Below, in pieces: positions 30,155 to 40,660 of a stretch of DNA of 64,000 nucleotides (within the stretch, counting starts at the first letter, position 1; each line of letters opens with the position of its first letter). The notes below the pieces were generated by a model, which saw only the letters and a list, made by a program, of their open reading frames with translations, had not been told where the DNA came from and did no database searches. Source of the DNA: Candidatus Bathyarchaeota archaeon (GTDB lineage: Archaea > Thermoproteota > Bathyarchaeia > Bathyarchaeales > Bathycorpusculaceae); the NCBI GenBank assembly GCA_963702095.1, contig OY969706.1:896001-960000 (forward strand). Direction: 5' to 3'. The position numbers and the translations under genes were made by a program.

Positions 30155-30469
30155 TTACATGCCCAGTTCTGTTGGTGGTTTTAGGAGTTCGAGGACTTGT
30201 TTTTCGTGTGTTTGGCGGGTCGTAAGGGGGTAGATTTCGCGTTCGCATTCAAAGAACATTGGGTCTTGGCCGATTATGCGGGAGAGTTTTTCGTCGGAGT
30301 CTACCTCGACGATTAGCATGGTGCCCTGTTGGCCTATGAGGTGATAGTAGGTTTCAATTGTTTTCTCTTTTTGCAGCTTCTCGAAGTATTTGAATTGCAG
30401 CGGAAGCAGTTTTGCCCAGCGGTTAAGTGGGACTTCACGTTTGACTTTTTGGATAATTAGAAACTTCAA
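30155..30469 (-). CDS. Muconolactone-isomerase/DUF3303-like dimeric alpha-beta barrel protein
   Basis: MKFLII start, GTMLIVEVDS..L......DP....EIYPL; TTG after GAGG. Confidence 0.6.
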   Translation of the reverse strand: MKFLIIQKVKREVPLNRWAKLLPLQFKYFEKLQKEKTIETYYHLIGQQGTMLIVEVDSDEKLSRIIGQDPMFFECEREIYPLTTRQTHEKQVLELLKPPTELGM

Positions 30470-30664
30470 GTTAATCCTCATGTAGAGGAAGGATTGTTTT
30501 GGGTATAAGGCTTTCTTCTTTGAACGCCGCAAAAATGCTTGCTTGATGTGCAAACAACCAATCGTGTTACAAATGGTTCCCTGCGGGATATATACTGAAA
30601 TGGAAATAAACCTTTATAAAAACGGCACGTTTGATTGGAGAAGCAACAGTTTGGAAATGATAGA

Positions 30665-30901
30665 ATGCCCAGTGTTTCAAAGAAAGAAAAGTTAAGCGAA
30701 ACTGCTCTGCCTGTGATTAGATGTTTTTGTGGAGCGAAGATTTTGTTGCTTCCAGACGTTAAATTGATGAGTAAAGCCATCGAAGCCCATGTTGAGGAAC
30801 ATACAAAAAATATAAAGGAAACAAAAAAAGCCGAAGAAGAAGCCGAACGCGTCCGAGACGACTTAATTACCAAAGTGTTTGACAAAGCATACGAAATGTA
30901 G
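30665..30901 (+). CDS. Hypothetical small putative zinc-binding protein
   Basis: IRCFCG...HVEEH pattern (CxC plus HxxxH). Confidence 0.6.
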   Translation: MPSVSKKEKLSETALPVIRCFCGAKILLLPDVKLMSKAIEAHVEEHTKNIKETKKAEEEAERVRDDLITKVFDKAYEM

Positions 30902-31060
30902 TTACTCCTTGTTTTCTTGGCTGCCGCCTCGACGCATCATTTCCGGAAGCCTAGATGAAGCCTTAGACATAGCGTCTTTAACCACATCCATCAATTCCTC
31001 GTTAACTTCTAAATCCACAGTAACTTTGAGGCGCCCTTTTTTCTCAGCTATTTCAGTCAT
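30902..31060 (-). CDS. 52-aa hypothetical protein absent from the ORF track (MTEIAEKKGRLKVTVDLEVNEELMDVVKDAM...)
   Basis: Open ATG-TAA frame with GGAGGTGG SD; overlaps the stop of 31053-31355. Confidence 0.7.
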   Translation of the reverse strand: MTEIAEKKGRLKVTVDLEVNEELMDVVKDAMSKASSRLPEMMRRGGSQENKE

Positions 31061-31355
31061 GGAACCACCTCCCGTAACGGCTAAACTGCTTAGGGAAAAG
31101 GTTAGCGAACAAGTGAACCGTCTGCATGCCGGTTAGGTCTAAGTCGATTTCTATGCGGTAATGGTATTTGCCCAAGCGTTTGGTGTGGGTTTTATAGTTG
31201 CTTATTATGCCGCCGTCTCTGTAACGATGCAGTTGCTCATGCAACAGAAGTGATATGGCTGTGGGCGCCAGCGGTTCAAAGCGAAATGCTATCCGCAGCA
31301 AAACCCGCGCTGCACTTTCCATTAGGGATTCAGAAACTGTTTCTGGTTGAGTCAT
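31053..31355 (-). CDS. Hypothetical protein
   Basis: 100-aa ORF coupled to the downstream small ORF. Confidence 0.65.
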   Translation of the reverse strand: MTQPETVSESLMESAARVLLRIAFRFEPLAPTAISLLLHEQLHRYRDGGIISNYKTHTKRLGKYHYRIEIDLDLTGMQTVHLFANLFPKQFSRYGRWFHD

Positions 31356-31478
31356 AAAAGTTCACGAAAAATCCTTTGCCGCTCAAGCGGACAAGTCCTT
31401 GAATAAACAGTAGCCGAGGGGAATTTTTTAAGGTTGTGTGACTGTACATATTCAACCACAAGGCGACCAAACGTGAGT

Positions 31479-31970
31479 ATGGAAGAAATCAACCTGGCAG
31501 TTTACGCTTGCAGAAAATGCCGGCTCTGGCAAGGCACCAAACACGGCGTACCAGGCGAAGGACCCCTAAACGCAAAGGTCATGTTTGTGGGGCAGAACCC
31601 CGGCGCAGAAGAAGACGAAGTGGGGCGTCCGTTTGTTGGCAGAGCAGGTAAATATCTTACTAAAACACTGGCTGAATTCGGAATAAAACGTGAAGACGTT
31701 TACATAACCAATATTGTTAAGCATACTTCGCCGCAGAATCGCAAGCCATATGATGATGAAGTCACCGCCTGCCTTCCCTACCTGGCAATGCAAATCAGCA
31801 TCATCAAACCCAAAATCATCGTGTTACTCGGTGCCTCCGCAAAAGATACGCCAAGGGTCGAGGGCATAGAATACTTTGAGGTGGTTCATCCCTCGGCGGC
31901 TATGCGCTTCACCAAGATGAGGGACAAATTTAGAGGGCAAATTAGCGAATTAGCGAAACGAATCAAATAA
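31479..31970 (+). CDS. udg: Uracil-DNA glycosylase family 4 (Fe-S)
   Basis: CRKCRL, VPGEG, GQNPG, GRPFVG, TNIVK, HPSA. Confidence 0.9.
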   Translation: MEEINLAVYACRKCRLWQGTKHGVPGEGPLNAKVMFVGQNPGAEEDEVGRPFVGRAGKYLTKTLAEFGIKREDVYITNIVKHTSPQNRKPYDDEVTACLPYLAMQISIIKPKIIVLLGASAKDTPRVEGIEYFEVVHPSAAMRFTKMRDKFRGQISELAKRIK

Positions 31971-31979
31971 CAGTAGGAG

Positions 31980-32009
31980 AGGCACTTTACAATTTTTGTG
32001 GTAGTGCCT
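31980..32009 (+). terminator. Hairpin after udg
   Basis: AGGCACT...AGTGCCT inverted repeat 10 nt after the stop codon. Confidence 0.35.
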
Positions 32010-32099
32010 TGAAACCCCAAAAGTAACAGTTGAAAGGTTTTCTTTTCAAAAACCCATAAATCCCGTCAAGCCCATCAAGCCACCATCGAGGCTAATCCT

Positions 32100-33065
32100 T
32101 TGCCAGCGCAAGAGGACAACGAAACCTACTCAGTAATATACGCGGCGCTAAAGCATCCTGCACGCCGAAGAATCCTCCGCATGTTAGACGAAAAAGAATA
32201 CACCTATACAGAGATCCTTAACACGTTGGGTTTAGACACAGGGCATCTTAACTTTTACTTGGAAGGTTTAGGAGAGCTTGTTACCAAAACTGAAGAAGGC
32301 AGATACCGACTCTCCGAGTTTGGCAAAGCAGCAGTGGCTTTAATGGCAGGGGTTGAAGAGACTGAGAATAACAGACCGCTAAGAGGAAAAGTTTGGCGCT
32401 CCAAGCGTAGGATGGCGGTTGCTGTTGAGGTTTTGGCTGTTGTTGCGTTGGTTGCTGCAGCATTGGTTTTCTCAAACGTCCATGACACATCCGAATACTA
32501 CTATGGCGCAACATCCAAACAGGCTGTTTTAGGGCCAAACGGCGCTTTAGCCATCAACGATTTCGTTTCAGAACATGAGTTCCCAACTAACACTTCCACC
32601 CAGAACTACAGGGTGCTCTACCGAATCAGCGTAACAACAAATGCCAGTCTGTGGATTCAACTCATCGGCGGCGCAACCGGCTCTACACCTCAACCCAACC
32701 TTGAAACTCTTCCAAGCGGTGCCTACGTTCTATACGACCAAAAACATGTAGAACCAATCCGTTCTGATGGAACTACCATAGGTTACAACGTAGATATCCC
32801 CCTCTCACCAGATATGGCGGGCAATGGAATCGACGGTTTACCCTACGAAGTCCGCATAGAAAACCTCGGACAAACAACAACCATGCAGGAAACAAAGCCA
32901 AACCACTCTGCACGGGTAGATGTCGTAACTCAATACCCACTCATCCAAGAAACCGATACCCCATACTATTATGTGGGCATCGCATTCTTTGTGGTGGCGT
33001 TGATTGTGGCGCTATTGCCCGTTTTACCAGTGTTAATGGACAAATTTCGCCGTAACAGTCATTAG
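32100..33065 (+). CDS. ArsR-type wHTH regulator fused to two TMs and an extracytoplasmic domain
   Basis: ALKHPARRRIL..YRLSEFG; two hydrophobic segments. Confidence 0.85.
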   Translation: MPAQEDNETYSVIYAALKHPARRRILRMLDEKEYTYTEILNTLGLDTGHLNFYLEGLGELVTKTEEGRYRLSEFGKAAVALMAGVEETENNRPLRGKVWRSKRRMAVAVEVLAVVALVAAALVFSNVHDTSEYYYGATSKQAVLGPNGALAINDFVSEHEFPTNTSTQNYRVLYRISVTTNASLWIQLIGGATGSTPQPNLETLPSGAYVLYDQKHVEPIRSDGTTIGYNVDIPLSPDMAGNGIDGLPYEVRIENLGQTTTMQETKPNHSARVDVVTQYPLIQETDTPYYYVGIAFFVVALIVALLPVLPVLMDKFRRNSH

Positions 33066-33066
33066 G

Positions 33067-33669
33067 TTACTTCATCGGTTGCCGCAGCACCGTTTTTAGT
33101 TTTTCTGGCACCGTCTTCTGTGGATTGCTTATGTAGATTTCATGGTGTTTACCGCTTAACTCGTGGCCGCTTGCTTTTATGGCAGCGTGGAGTTTTTGGA
33201 TGTTCTCTGCTTCAGCCGAGTAAGGCCCAATATGCATAATCTGCGCCGCTTTGCCCTCATGTAAACATTCAAACAGCACCTTATCGAGCGCTGGCAGGTT
33301 CTTTTTGCGCACTTGCTCCACGGCAGCTTTGAAGTCGTCTTCGGCGACGTATTGGGGCTGCATGATCATCGCCGTCCACTTCCACTCATCCTTGCGTTCG
33401 GCGCTAAATTTGGTCATGTCGTCAACCCACCAGAGACCTTCGAGCGGCGCTACGCCGTAGTCGACGCCTTTGCCCTTCTTAACGATGAACTTCAGCGCAT
33501 ACGCCAACGGATAGAGCGTCTGCGCCGCATCCATATACTCCTGCGAAGAGGGCGCACCTTGCCCATCAATCATCAAAAAATTCATATCAGGGACGTCTAC
33601 GATTGTAACCTCCTTGGCTGAGGGGTTGTAGAGGGCTTTGAGTTCTTTTTTGAAGTCAATTTTATCCAA
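33067..33669 (-). CDS. GyrI-like small-molecule-binding protein
   Basis: PLEGLWW, WTAMIMQP, HIGPY, HHEIY. Confidence 0.9.
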   Translation of the reverse strand: MDKIDFKKELKALYNPSAKEVTIVDVPDMNFLMIDGQGAPSSQEYMDAAQTLYPLAYALKFIVKKGKGVDYGVAPLEGLWWVDDMTKFSAERKDEWKWTAMIMQPQYVAEDDFKAAVEQVRKKNLPALDKVLFECLHEGKAAQIMHIGPYSAEAENIQKLHAAIKASGHELSGKHHEIYISNPQKTVPEKLKTVLRQPMK

Positions 33670-33750
33670 TCTGACACCTGCAACTGATTTTTAGGTAGTG
33701 AGGAAATAAAAAACTACTGAAACCAGCCTTTGGTGACAGGGAAAAGTGTC

Positions 33751-34267
33751 TTAGATTGTGAAGTTCAAATCTATTTGGGCTTCAAGAATATTCGTGTTCA
33801 CGGTTGAGCTGCCCACCAGTATAATATATTGTCCGCTTGGCAGGGAAAGGTTGAGGTTGTCTGACGCCATCGGGTACATGTCTTTGTTGTAGCATGGGCT
33901 GGCATTTTGGGCGTTTAGGTAGTTGAGGAATTCCTTTTGGCTCCAAATGGTCATGGTTGCTGCGCTGTTGGTGCTGTTGTTTATGACGGTGTAGTTGCCT
34001 TGGAGAACTGCGGACTTGGCGTTGTCTGGAACATAGAAACCGCTGAAGTAGCAGCCGTCTGGGTTAAGAACGATTGAACCACAAAGCACATGCTGAGTAT
34101 ATTGCCCCGGAGCATAAGCATCCATACATGAGCCGCCACTGCCGTTTGCCCTGGGTTGCACTAAGTAAACCCGAAGTCAAGACAACCGTGATTAAAACTG
34201 CAACTGTGACTGCCACTGCCATGTTTCTCCAATACCGTTTCGTTTTAATTGGATTTTGATTAGTCAT
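33751..34267 (-). pseudogene. Membrane-anchored hypothetical protein, frameshifted at ~34150
   Basis: The N-terminal TM ORF and the beta-rich C-terminal ORF join on removal of one G from a GGG run. Confidence 0.65.
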
Positions 34268-35094
34268 TGGTGACGTTTCAATAAAGGACATTTTTCGGTC
34301 AGAGAACCTAAAAGTGCATTTGAGATAAGAGTCCTAGTACGTCTTGGAGAAACCAGACATAACAAGTATAATCGCTGGGGGAGATTGAGGGCAAGCCTTC
34401 CTGGGCGAAAACTGCCTCCACTGCTTCGGGTGCCTGCAATGGTGCCCAAAACACGCCATACAAGCAGGAACAATAACAGTTGGCAAACCAAGACGTTTTC
34501 CAGCTTGGAAAAAGCCTTCGCGAATGGGTCCTGCCTAGTGCCCGATTGCAATTCGCTGTTCACTGCTGTTTGCACTATGGCTTGTGCTGAAAACGCACTG
34601 GTTGCATATTGGTTTCCACGGGAAGCGCGCCTCTGGGTGCGTTTTTCGCCATCATATTAGGCTCCAAATATCAGATGTATGCACAAATCAGTAGAGGGAG
34701 GGTTCCTGTGCGGTGGGAAGGTGCGTTTTACGCATTTGTGTTGGCACGCAGAATCCTATATAGAGGGATAAGGTTCTTTTGGTGGAGTGAGTAGCCATTA
34801 AATGTTGGAAATTACCCGCTTTTTGTAGGGGAGGGCGGTTGTGGCTGAGCAACAAGCGCTGTTTATTTGCTGAGCCTTTTTCAAGCGCAAACGAGATATG
34901 CTTCCACATCCACACCGCGGCGGCTTCAAAATGGAGCCATGCAGACCATGTGGAGAAAAACACACTCGCCACACCGAAACAGGCAGTGAAAAACAACGCA
35001 ACCAAAAAAAGAAGCAAACGCCTCCACCGCCCATCTTGTGGCACCCCGCAAACTACCACACTCACATAAAGAGAGCGAGAAAAGAAAATTTGGT

Positions 35095-36219
35095 TTATTC
35101 AGCAGCTGCTGACGAATCCACGATTGCCTTGATTTCTTTGTTAAGGGCATCGGGCAAGCCAAGGATGCTAACATCCATGAAGCCTCGGATAATCAGTGAA
35201 ACCGCCTGTTCACGCGACAGCCGCCGAGTCATGAGGTAAGTGATTTCTTTTTCGCTGATTTTGCCCACTGCAGCTTCATGGGTGATTTCGACGCCTTTCT
35301 TGGTGGCGATAAGCTCTGGGATGGATTGCATGAAGGATTCGTTGTCTAAGATTAAGCCTTTGCATTCTAAGTGGCCTTTGCAGTCGGGGGTGTGGCCTTC
35401 GATCATGCCGCGGATAATCATTTTGGAGCCTTCTCGGGTGATGGCTCGGCTGACCATTTCGGCTTTGCTTCCCTGCCCCGTTAAGACCGCTTTGGAGCCA
35501 ATGTCAAGCAAGCTGTTTTTGTGGCCGTAGAGGATGCTGTTGAAGCTTGCTCGACTGTTGTTGCCTTTACAGTAGGCGACTGGGTACATTTGTGAGTCTC
35601 GCACGGGGCGCATGCAGACATAGTTGGATACGAAAGTGGCGTTGTCCTCTATTTCAGTGGCGCTTCTGGGACGGACCAGTGTTTGTTCGCTCCACTGGTG
35701 AATCATGGTAAAGTTAAGCATGGCGCCTTTTTTAACGTAGATTTCAGAGATGCCTATGTGCGAAGCATTGGGTACAGTGGAGTGCTGTAAGCAGCTGGTG
35801 ATGATGTGTGCTTTGGAGTCTTCTTCAGCGATAATGATGTTGTGGACACGCTGCTCAAGGTTCTTCTGCGTGATTAACAGGCAACTCTGGAGTGGAAAAG
35901 CGATTTCTGCGCCTTTCATGATGCGCATGAAGTAGCCGCCGCTGTAGTCTTCCGCCACCTTCTTGGTGTATTCGTCTTTGTCTTTGCTTACAAGCTTCCA
36001 GCGGTACTCTTCAAGCCATGGATACTTTTTAAGCGCCGCCTTGGTGTCCATGAGTTCTATTTTGCCTTCGTAGGCTTCGTTAACTTTTGAAGCGATGGTC
36101 TGCTGGTCCATATGCACGAAGGTTCCTGAGCGGTTTTTCTCTTGTAGTTCAAGCCCTGCTTTTTGAGCTTCTTGGAGTATCTGATGAGGAAGTTTAGTTA
36201 GTTCGCTTTCACTTTGCAT
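35095..36219 (-). CDS. sufB: Fe-S cluster scaffold SufB/SufD family (SmsB)
   Basis: PLQSC, QRVHNIII, GHLECKGL, IPEL, THEAAVGKI, YLMTR. Confidence 0.9.
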   Translation of the reverse strand: MQSESELTKLPHQILQEAQKAGLELQEKNRSGTFVHMDQQTIASKVNEAYEGKIELMDTKAALKKYPWLEEYRWKLVSKDKDEYTKKVAEDYSGGYFMRIMKGAEIAFPLQSCLLITQKNLEQRVHNIIIAEEDSKAHIITSCLQHSTVPNASHIGISEIYVKKGAMLNFTMIHQWSEQTLVRPRSATEIEDNATFVSNYVCMRPVRDSQMYPVAYCKGNNSRASFNSILYGHKNSLLDIGSKAVLTGQGSKAEMVSRAITREGSKMIIRGMIEGHTPDCKGHLECKGLILDNESFMQSIPELIATKKGVEITHEAAVGKISEKEITYLMTRRLSREQAVSLIIRGFMDVSILGLPDALNKEIKAIVDSSAAAE

Positions 36220-36970
36220 TTTTCCATCCCTCGCTTGTTCTTACTCTGCAAGCTACACACTCTTCATAACCCATCTCTTTTATGTCGTTGTAGATACGCA
36301 TGGGGTCTTTGAAGCAGTGGAACTGCCCGTTTAGCAGTATACAGCCATAAGAGGCTTTGATGTACTCTAAAATGTCCCCTTTATGAGTTATAATCAACGC
36401 TGAGGCGCCTGAGGATTCCACGTACTTTTGGATTTCAGTGGCAATCATCCGCAAACTCTCCACATCCACGCCCGAATCAGGTTCATCAAGCAAAAGCAGT
36501 TTAGGCCTAAGGAAGATGAGCTGCAGGATTTCCGAGCGTTTCCGTTCGCCGCCGCTAAAACCCAAGTTCACATCACGGTTCAGGAAGTTGGTCAGGCGGA
36601 AAGCTTCTATCTGCGCCGTCTCCTCTGAGCTGAATTCATCAGATGCGGTTTTGCCTAAGCAGAGCTTTAGCAAGTCCCCCAGTTTAACCCCTGTTATTTC
36701 AGGGGGATTCTGGAAACTCACGATTATACCAAGTTTTGCCCGCACATCGACGGTTTTATCGGTGATGTCGATGCCTTGGAAGAGGATTTTGCCAGATGAA
36801 ACTTCATAGCCTGGCAAACCCATCAGGGTGCTGATAAGGGTTGTTTTTCCTGAGCCGTTGGGTCCGAACAGTATGTGGCTGGCGCGTTCTTGTAGGTTGA
36901 AGTTCAAGTTTTTTAGGATAAGCTTGCCTTCAACTTTAACGGATAAATCTTTAACTTCAAGTAGGTCCAT
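36209..36970 (-). CDS. sufC: Fe-S assembly ATPase SufC (SmsC)
   Basis: GPNGSGKT, GFSGGERKR, LDEPDSGVD, C-terminal CxxC (CVAC). Confidence 0.92.
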   Translation of the reverse strand: MDLLEVKDLSVKVEGKLILKNLNFNLQERASHILFGPNGSGKTTLISTLMGLPGYEVSSGKILFQGIDITDKTVDVRAKLGIIVSFQNPPEITGVKLGDLLKLCLGKTASDEFSSEETAQIEAFRLTNFLNRDVNLGFSGGERKRSEILQLIFLRPKLLLLDEPDSGVDVESLRMIATEIQKYVESSGASALIITHKGDILEYIKASYGCILLNGQFHCFKDPMRIYNDIKEMGYEECVACRVRTSEGWKNAK

Positions 36971-37107
36971 TGGAGGTCACAATAGAAATGTTGCTAAAGA
37001 ACATAAGCTTTTTTGAGTCAAAGTATGATTTGTTCTTAAAAGTACGTTATTAGAGACCAAGCGGTTCTAAATCATAAACTATTATAGTTGTCACAGCCAA
37101 TACCCTT

Positions 37108-37644
37108 TTGATGTACCGCTTTGTAGCTTTCTTAAGAGGCATAAATGTTGGCGGACGCACAGTAACAAAACAAACGCTACAGGCTGCCTTCGAATCCCTC
37201 GGGTTCACCAGCATCTCCACGTTTAGACAAAGTGGCAACATCATTTTTGAGTCTCAAACCGTCGACGCTGAAGCAATCAGAACCCAAATCCAAGACCAAT
37301 TACGCCAAGTTTTAGGCTACGAAGTTTTGGTCTTCCCACGCACTTTTGCCCAACTCCAAGAAATAGTCGCCTGCGACCCCTTTAGAGACCAAGATAGAGA
37401 GGGCTCGAGTTTTCTAGTGACTTTTCTCGGCTGTACGTTACCGGTTTTTCCGTTGCAGTTGCCCCTTACGATCCCCAAGTCTACTGCACAAGTGATTTCG
37501 GCGCAAAGCACAGAGTTTTTCAGTGTTACTCATGGGGGCGGTGAGGGTGCGTTGCCTAACACGTTTATGGAGTCGAAACTTGGGGTTAAAGCAACCACAC
37601 GAAACTTCAACGTTATTAGGGCTATCGTTGAAAAATATGGGTAG
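37108..37644 (+). CDS. DUF1697 family protein
   Basis: AFLRGINVGG, QSGNIIF, TTRNFN. Confidence 0.9.
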   Translation: MMYRFVAFLRGINVGGRTVTKQTLQAAFESLGFTSISTFRQSGNIIFESQTVDAEAIRTQIQDQLRQVLGYEVLVFPRTFAQLQEIVACDPFRDQDREGSSFLVTFLGCTLPVFPLQLPLTIPKSTAQVISAQSTEFFSVTHGGGEGALPNTFMESKLGVKATTRNFNVIRAIVEKYG

Positions 37645-37676
37645 GATGCAGTTTTTTGCTGTGTTGATTTGGCTCC

Positions 37677-38066
37677 CTACTGCTTGACAGGGCTAGCATT
37701 TTTTGTGTTCATGATTTTAGCCAGTGATATAACAAACGTGCTGATGCGTTCGTCAGCTTGCCCAAAATCCATAACCGACGTAATAGTGGTAACTGGAGTG
37801 CCCGCATCAATCTTTATGTTAGTTGTTTTCTCATTTACCTTTGACGCATGTATTATAAGCGTTGAACTGTACGAGAGGAAACTGCTCTGAGTTTTAACCT
37901 TCAAAAGGTGTGCGTTGTCATCTTTTTCCTCTATTTCCCATTTTAGCTCCGCTAAAGCCTCGGGAATAGCCCTCCAGATGTCTTCAAGTGGAAAATCGGC
38001 TTCGAGTTCCTGTTTTGTTGTTCTAAGATAAGCCATTTTTTCCTCAAACACACTTCTGGGTGGCAT
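37677..38066 (-). CDS. Hypothetical protein
   Basis: 129-aa ORF with an alpha/beta pattern. Confidence 0.7.
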   Translation of the reverse strand: MPPRSVFEEKMAYLRTTKQELEADFPLEDIWRAIPEALAELKWEIEEKDDNAHLLKVKTQSSFLSYSSTLIIHASKVNEKTTNIKIDAGTPVTTITSVMDFGQADERISTFVISLAKIMNTKNASPVKQ

Positions 38067-38135
38067 TCATATAACTGTTATTTCCAAGAGTTTGCTGAAG
38101 GGTTGTTGCCGAAGGCCTTTGCGACCTAAAGCCTA

Positions 38136-38265
38136 TTTTTTCTATTGTAAGAAGAAGAGAGAGTCTGCCTTGCTCATCATCTTCCTATGAGCTTGGTGGG
38201 TGGTTGTGTTTGTATTTTGCAATAGAGAAGAACTGCTGGCTGGTTGAGGCGGTTTCCTCAAGCAG
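38136..38265 (-). repeat. Dispersed ~130-bp intergenic element, copy B
   Basis: Aligns over its full length with the reverse complement of 55331-55461. Confidence 0.85.
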
Positions 38266-38285
38266 AAGCACGCCAAAGCATTGGT

Positions 38286-39790
38286 TCACTGCTCTGAATG
38301 CTTGGTTCTCACTAACCAAACAATCAAGCCCAAAAAACCAAGCAAAGCCGCAATAACACCTGCTGCGATATAGGGAAGATATTCCGTATAAACAAGCGGT
38401 GGGCTACTGTTTTGTGCTTGGCTGATTTTGACTTGGTGGGTGCTGTGGTGGTAGGTGAACATTATTATCCATGCGTCGTCGTCCGAGGTTACGGTACAGT
38501 TTATTTGGCTGTCGTCAAGGTAGACTTTGATTTCGTCACCGTTTGGCATGAAACTCTTGCTTATGGTTGCTTTGACGTAGCCTGTGGTGCCGGTTGTGCC
38601 GTTGACGTTGAAACTGATTTCGGGAACTGAACTGTTAAACGAGAATGCGCTAACAGTGCTGTTGGATTCTACGTTGAAACTGTTGGAGTAATCAGTGATT
38701 GTTGCGTTCGGTTCTTGGGTTGACGTCGGAGTTGGGGTGGGAGTCATTGTTGGAAGTTGTGAGAGTAGGCTTGGGTCAGGCATTGCTTGAGGGTTTGGCT
38801 CATTTAGGATTGGAGTATAAACGATTTTTTGAGTTGGGTCACTGGTTTTGTCGATGAACGATTGGGCTATCAACGAGGTGTCTGTTGTGCCCCACCAGTT
38901 ATAGGCCATGTTAATGGTTCTTTGAGTGCCGTTGAACTCAACTGATGCGGCATATTGGTTGCCGTAAATGTTGTTATATGTTACATCTTTGCGTTCTGTG
39001 CCCCTGTAAAACGTGTAGCTGGTAAACCTGAACCCGAACGTGTTGTTGACGACGGTGTTGTTTGCTATGTTGAGGTGGCTGCCCCAGTCTTCGATGCCGA
39101 TTGTATTGTTAACTACCAAGTTTCCGATTATGGTGGGGTGATAGATGGGGTCAGGTGAACCGAAGCCGCAGCAGATGCCAACATTAGCATCTTTAACTAT
39201 GTTGAAGTAGATTGAGGCGTTCTCTGCCTCTATCCCTCGGTATCCACCCATAACCGTGTTGTTTATGACTAATCCGTTAGTGCGTATGGATGCTGCATCA
39301 TTATTGTAATTGTAAACTATGTTGTTTGAGATTTTGGGGGTGCCTCCCAAGATTGCTTCATATTGGAAGGTGGGCACATGAATCTCCGCATGGTCGATGA
39401 TGCAACCGGTGCCATTGGCTTCGTCCCAAGGTGTGCTGCTGGGGGCAAAGTATATTCGGGGCGCCACGAGCGTGTTAAACGCTGTTCTGCTTGGATAACT
39501 ATTCTGCTGGCATCGTCTCCTATAGCCCGTAGTGTTCCCTCGATAATGAATGAGGTAAGCTTAAGGTCCACAACAGTGCCCGGCAATACCGTTAGGGTAA
39601 CACCGCCTGCAACCGTGAAATTGTCACCCACCAAAGTGTAGGGGCTTCCTTGCGGCGTCCAAGTTGCGTCGGCGGTGAGTGTTCCGCTGACTTGGGTGCC
39701 AACTTGTCCATATGCTGAGTCTACCGCGAAAAGTGTTGCACTTGCCAAGAGGAGAAATACAAGAAGGGCGGAAACGGTTTTTCTTTCCAT
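38286..39790 (-). pseudogene. Secreted right-handed beta-helix (NosD-like) surface protein, frameshifted at ~39460
   Basis: The signal-peptide ORF (WT..GSPY..GVTLTV.PG) and the beta-helix/NWWG/TM ORF join by adding one base at a CCCC run. Confidence 0.75.
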
Positions 39791-39906
39791 ACAAGCCTTA
39801 TCATAGTGGGCGCTTTAATTGTTTACTGAAATGGGCAGATGTAGGTTCACCCATGTTAACACATATTTGTATTAACAACTTTTCCGCCAAATTACTTGGT
39901 GATTTT

Positions 39907-40368
39907 TTGGTACTTGAAAACCAAACGGAACCAAACAGAGTCATGGGTCCAGTGGACTACCTCATTGTAGGGTTTCCTGGAAACAATTTCAGCGGCAAAA
40001 TCGCCCCCGAACTCTCTGCACTCGAAAACAAAGGACTCATACGCGTGATCGATCTAGTGTTTGTCTACAAGGATACTAACGGAAAAATATTGACCACTGA
40101 AGCTAAGGACTTGGCGGGTGAAGCAGGTGTGGCGTATGCGGCGTTCGCGAGGAATACAATGGAATGGTTCTATGAGGGCGACATAAACGCGCTTGCATCA
40201 ACGTTGCCGAATAACAGTTCTGCTTTACTTCTACTATATGAGAACGTTTGGGCAGTCAGTTTCAAGAAGGCGCTGCTAGAGGCAGATGCAGAATTAATTG
40301 ACATGGGCCGTATTCCGCCTGACGCAATTGAGAAGGAACAGGAATTGATGGCAAGCGGAGGTAGCTAA
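39907..40368 (+). CDS. DUF6325/DUF1269-like protein
   Basis: MGPVDYLIVGFPG, IRVIDLVFV, YENVWA, GRIP; start at TTG 39907 or ATG 39943. Confidence 0.8.
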   Translation: MVLENQTEPNRVMGPVDYLIVGFPGNNFSGKIAPELSALENKGLIRVIDLVFVYKDTNGKILTTEAKDLAGEAGVAYAAFARNTMEWFYEGDINALASTLPNNSSALLLLYENVWAVSFKKALLEADAELIDMGRIPPDAIEKEQELMASGGS

Positions 40369-40372
40369 AAAG

Positions 40373-40642
40373 ATGCGTGGAAGAGGACTTATGTTAGTTG
40401 CAGGTATGCGGGCAGGAGAACGAAGGGCAACGGCGGCACAGGAACAGCAGCAACAAGCTCAACAGGCACAAGCACAGGCTTACCAGCAGGGCGTGCAGGC
40501 ACAGCAGCAAGCCTCCCCCCAACCGGCAGCACCACCGCAGAAAGACGTAGTCGCTGAACTGCAGAAACTAGGCGACCTTCACATTTCAGGCGTTCTAAGC
40601 GATGAAGAATTCGCTACCGCTAAAAAGAAACTGCTAAGCTAA
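40373..40642 (+). CDS. SHOCT domain protein
   Basis: Q/A-rich linker then LQKLGDLH.SGVLSDEEFATAKKKLL. Confidence 0.88.
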   Translation: MRGRGLMLVAGMRAGERRATAAQEQQQQAQQAQAQAYQQGVQAQQQASPQPAAPPQKDVVAELQKLGDLHISGVLSDEEFATAKKKLLS

Positions 40643-40660
40643 CCCATATTTCCTTTCTTT

